Positions 63,601 to 64,000 of a stretch of DNA of 64,000 nucleotides are shown here, piece by piece. Both the position numbers and the translations under genes were made by a program. The notes under the pieces are model-generated. The model made no database searches, was not told the DNA's origin, and saw only the letters and a list, made by a program, of their open reading frames with translations. The DNA comes from Lama guanicoe (lineage: Eukaryota): the NCBI GenBank assembly GCA_013239625.1, contig MU054338.1, positions 4,812,724-4,876,723 on the forward strand. The letters are read 5' to 3'. Numbering within the stretch: the first letter of the stretch is position 1; every line of letters starts with the position of its first letter.

Positions 63601-64000
63601 TCTAGCTATCTTTAATGTGTAACGACATAAGCCTTAAAGGAACAGTGACGTGGGCCATGCCCAAGGTGTGTGCAGGCTGCCTCTGGGACAGCATCCCGTT
63701 TCACTCAGTTGACCTGACAAGAGTGTCATCTCCCGGGTGTTGATTAGTTTCCTGTCCTGTCTGCAGAGAGGGGGTCAGTCCTTGCTTGCGGGGCCCCTCA
63801 GCCGCTGCCTCTGCATCTGGGTCCTTGCCACGCTGGCCCATAAGTACCTAGTGAGCTGAGCAACTGGTCTGCCGTCCATATACACAGAAGCAGTTAAGGT
63901 GAAACCTGAAGGCTTTCTCGATGGTAAAACTAAACAGTATCCCTGGAGATTATCAAAACCAAAGTTGCTTTCTGTTGGTCTGGAAGGTTCACTTCGTAGA

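Overview
Mammalian genomic DNA, most likely camelid, judged from five copies of a tRNA-derived SINE matching the camelid Vic-1 type. The window holds the 5' part of ARHGEF18 (p114RhoGEF) on the + strand. Nine coding exons (39786-49332) join in frame and encode the 322-aa N-terminal 'LOCGEF' extension of the long isoform, from MGDEQ to [12 protein letters not shown] CpG-island promoter with a non-coding first exon for the shorter isoform lies at about 56300-57100. The DH/PH exons are beyond the right edge. Notable points: (1) the intron after MGDEQ can only be spliced in frame from a non-canonical GC donor; (2) the supposed 5'UTR part of that exon is an open frame that upstream phase-1 first exons could enter, including a 25-codon exon at 31652 (MASSALNHSWPALSKLWLKRWAFKR) and an ATGG micro-exon at 38405; (3) a full-length 5S rRNA retrocopy with a target-site duplication (TSD) and an odd tail; (4) five strong CTCF motifs. 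The rest is L1, L2, MIR, MLT1/MER21 LTRs, MER DNA transposons, simple repeats and a 55-N gap. Gene and repeat-family names rest on my recall of reference sequences, not on a database search.
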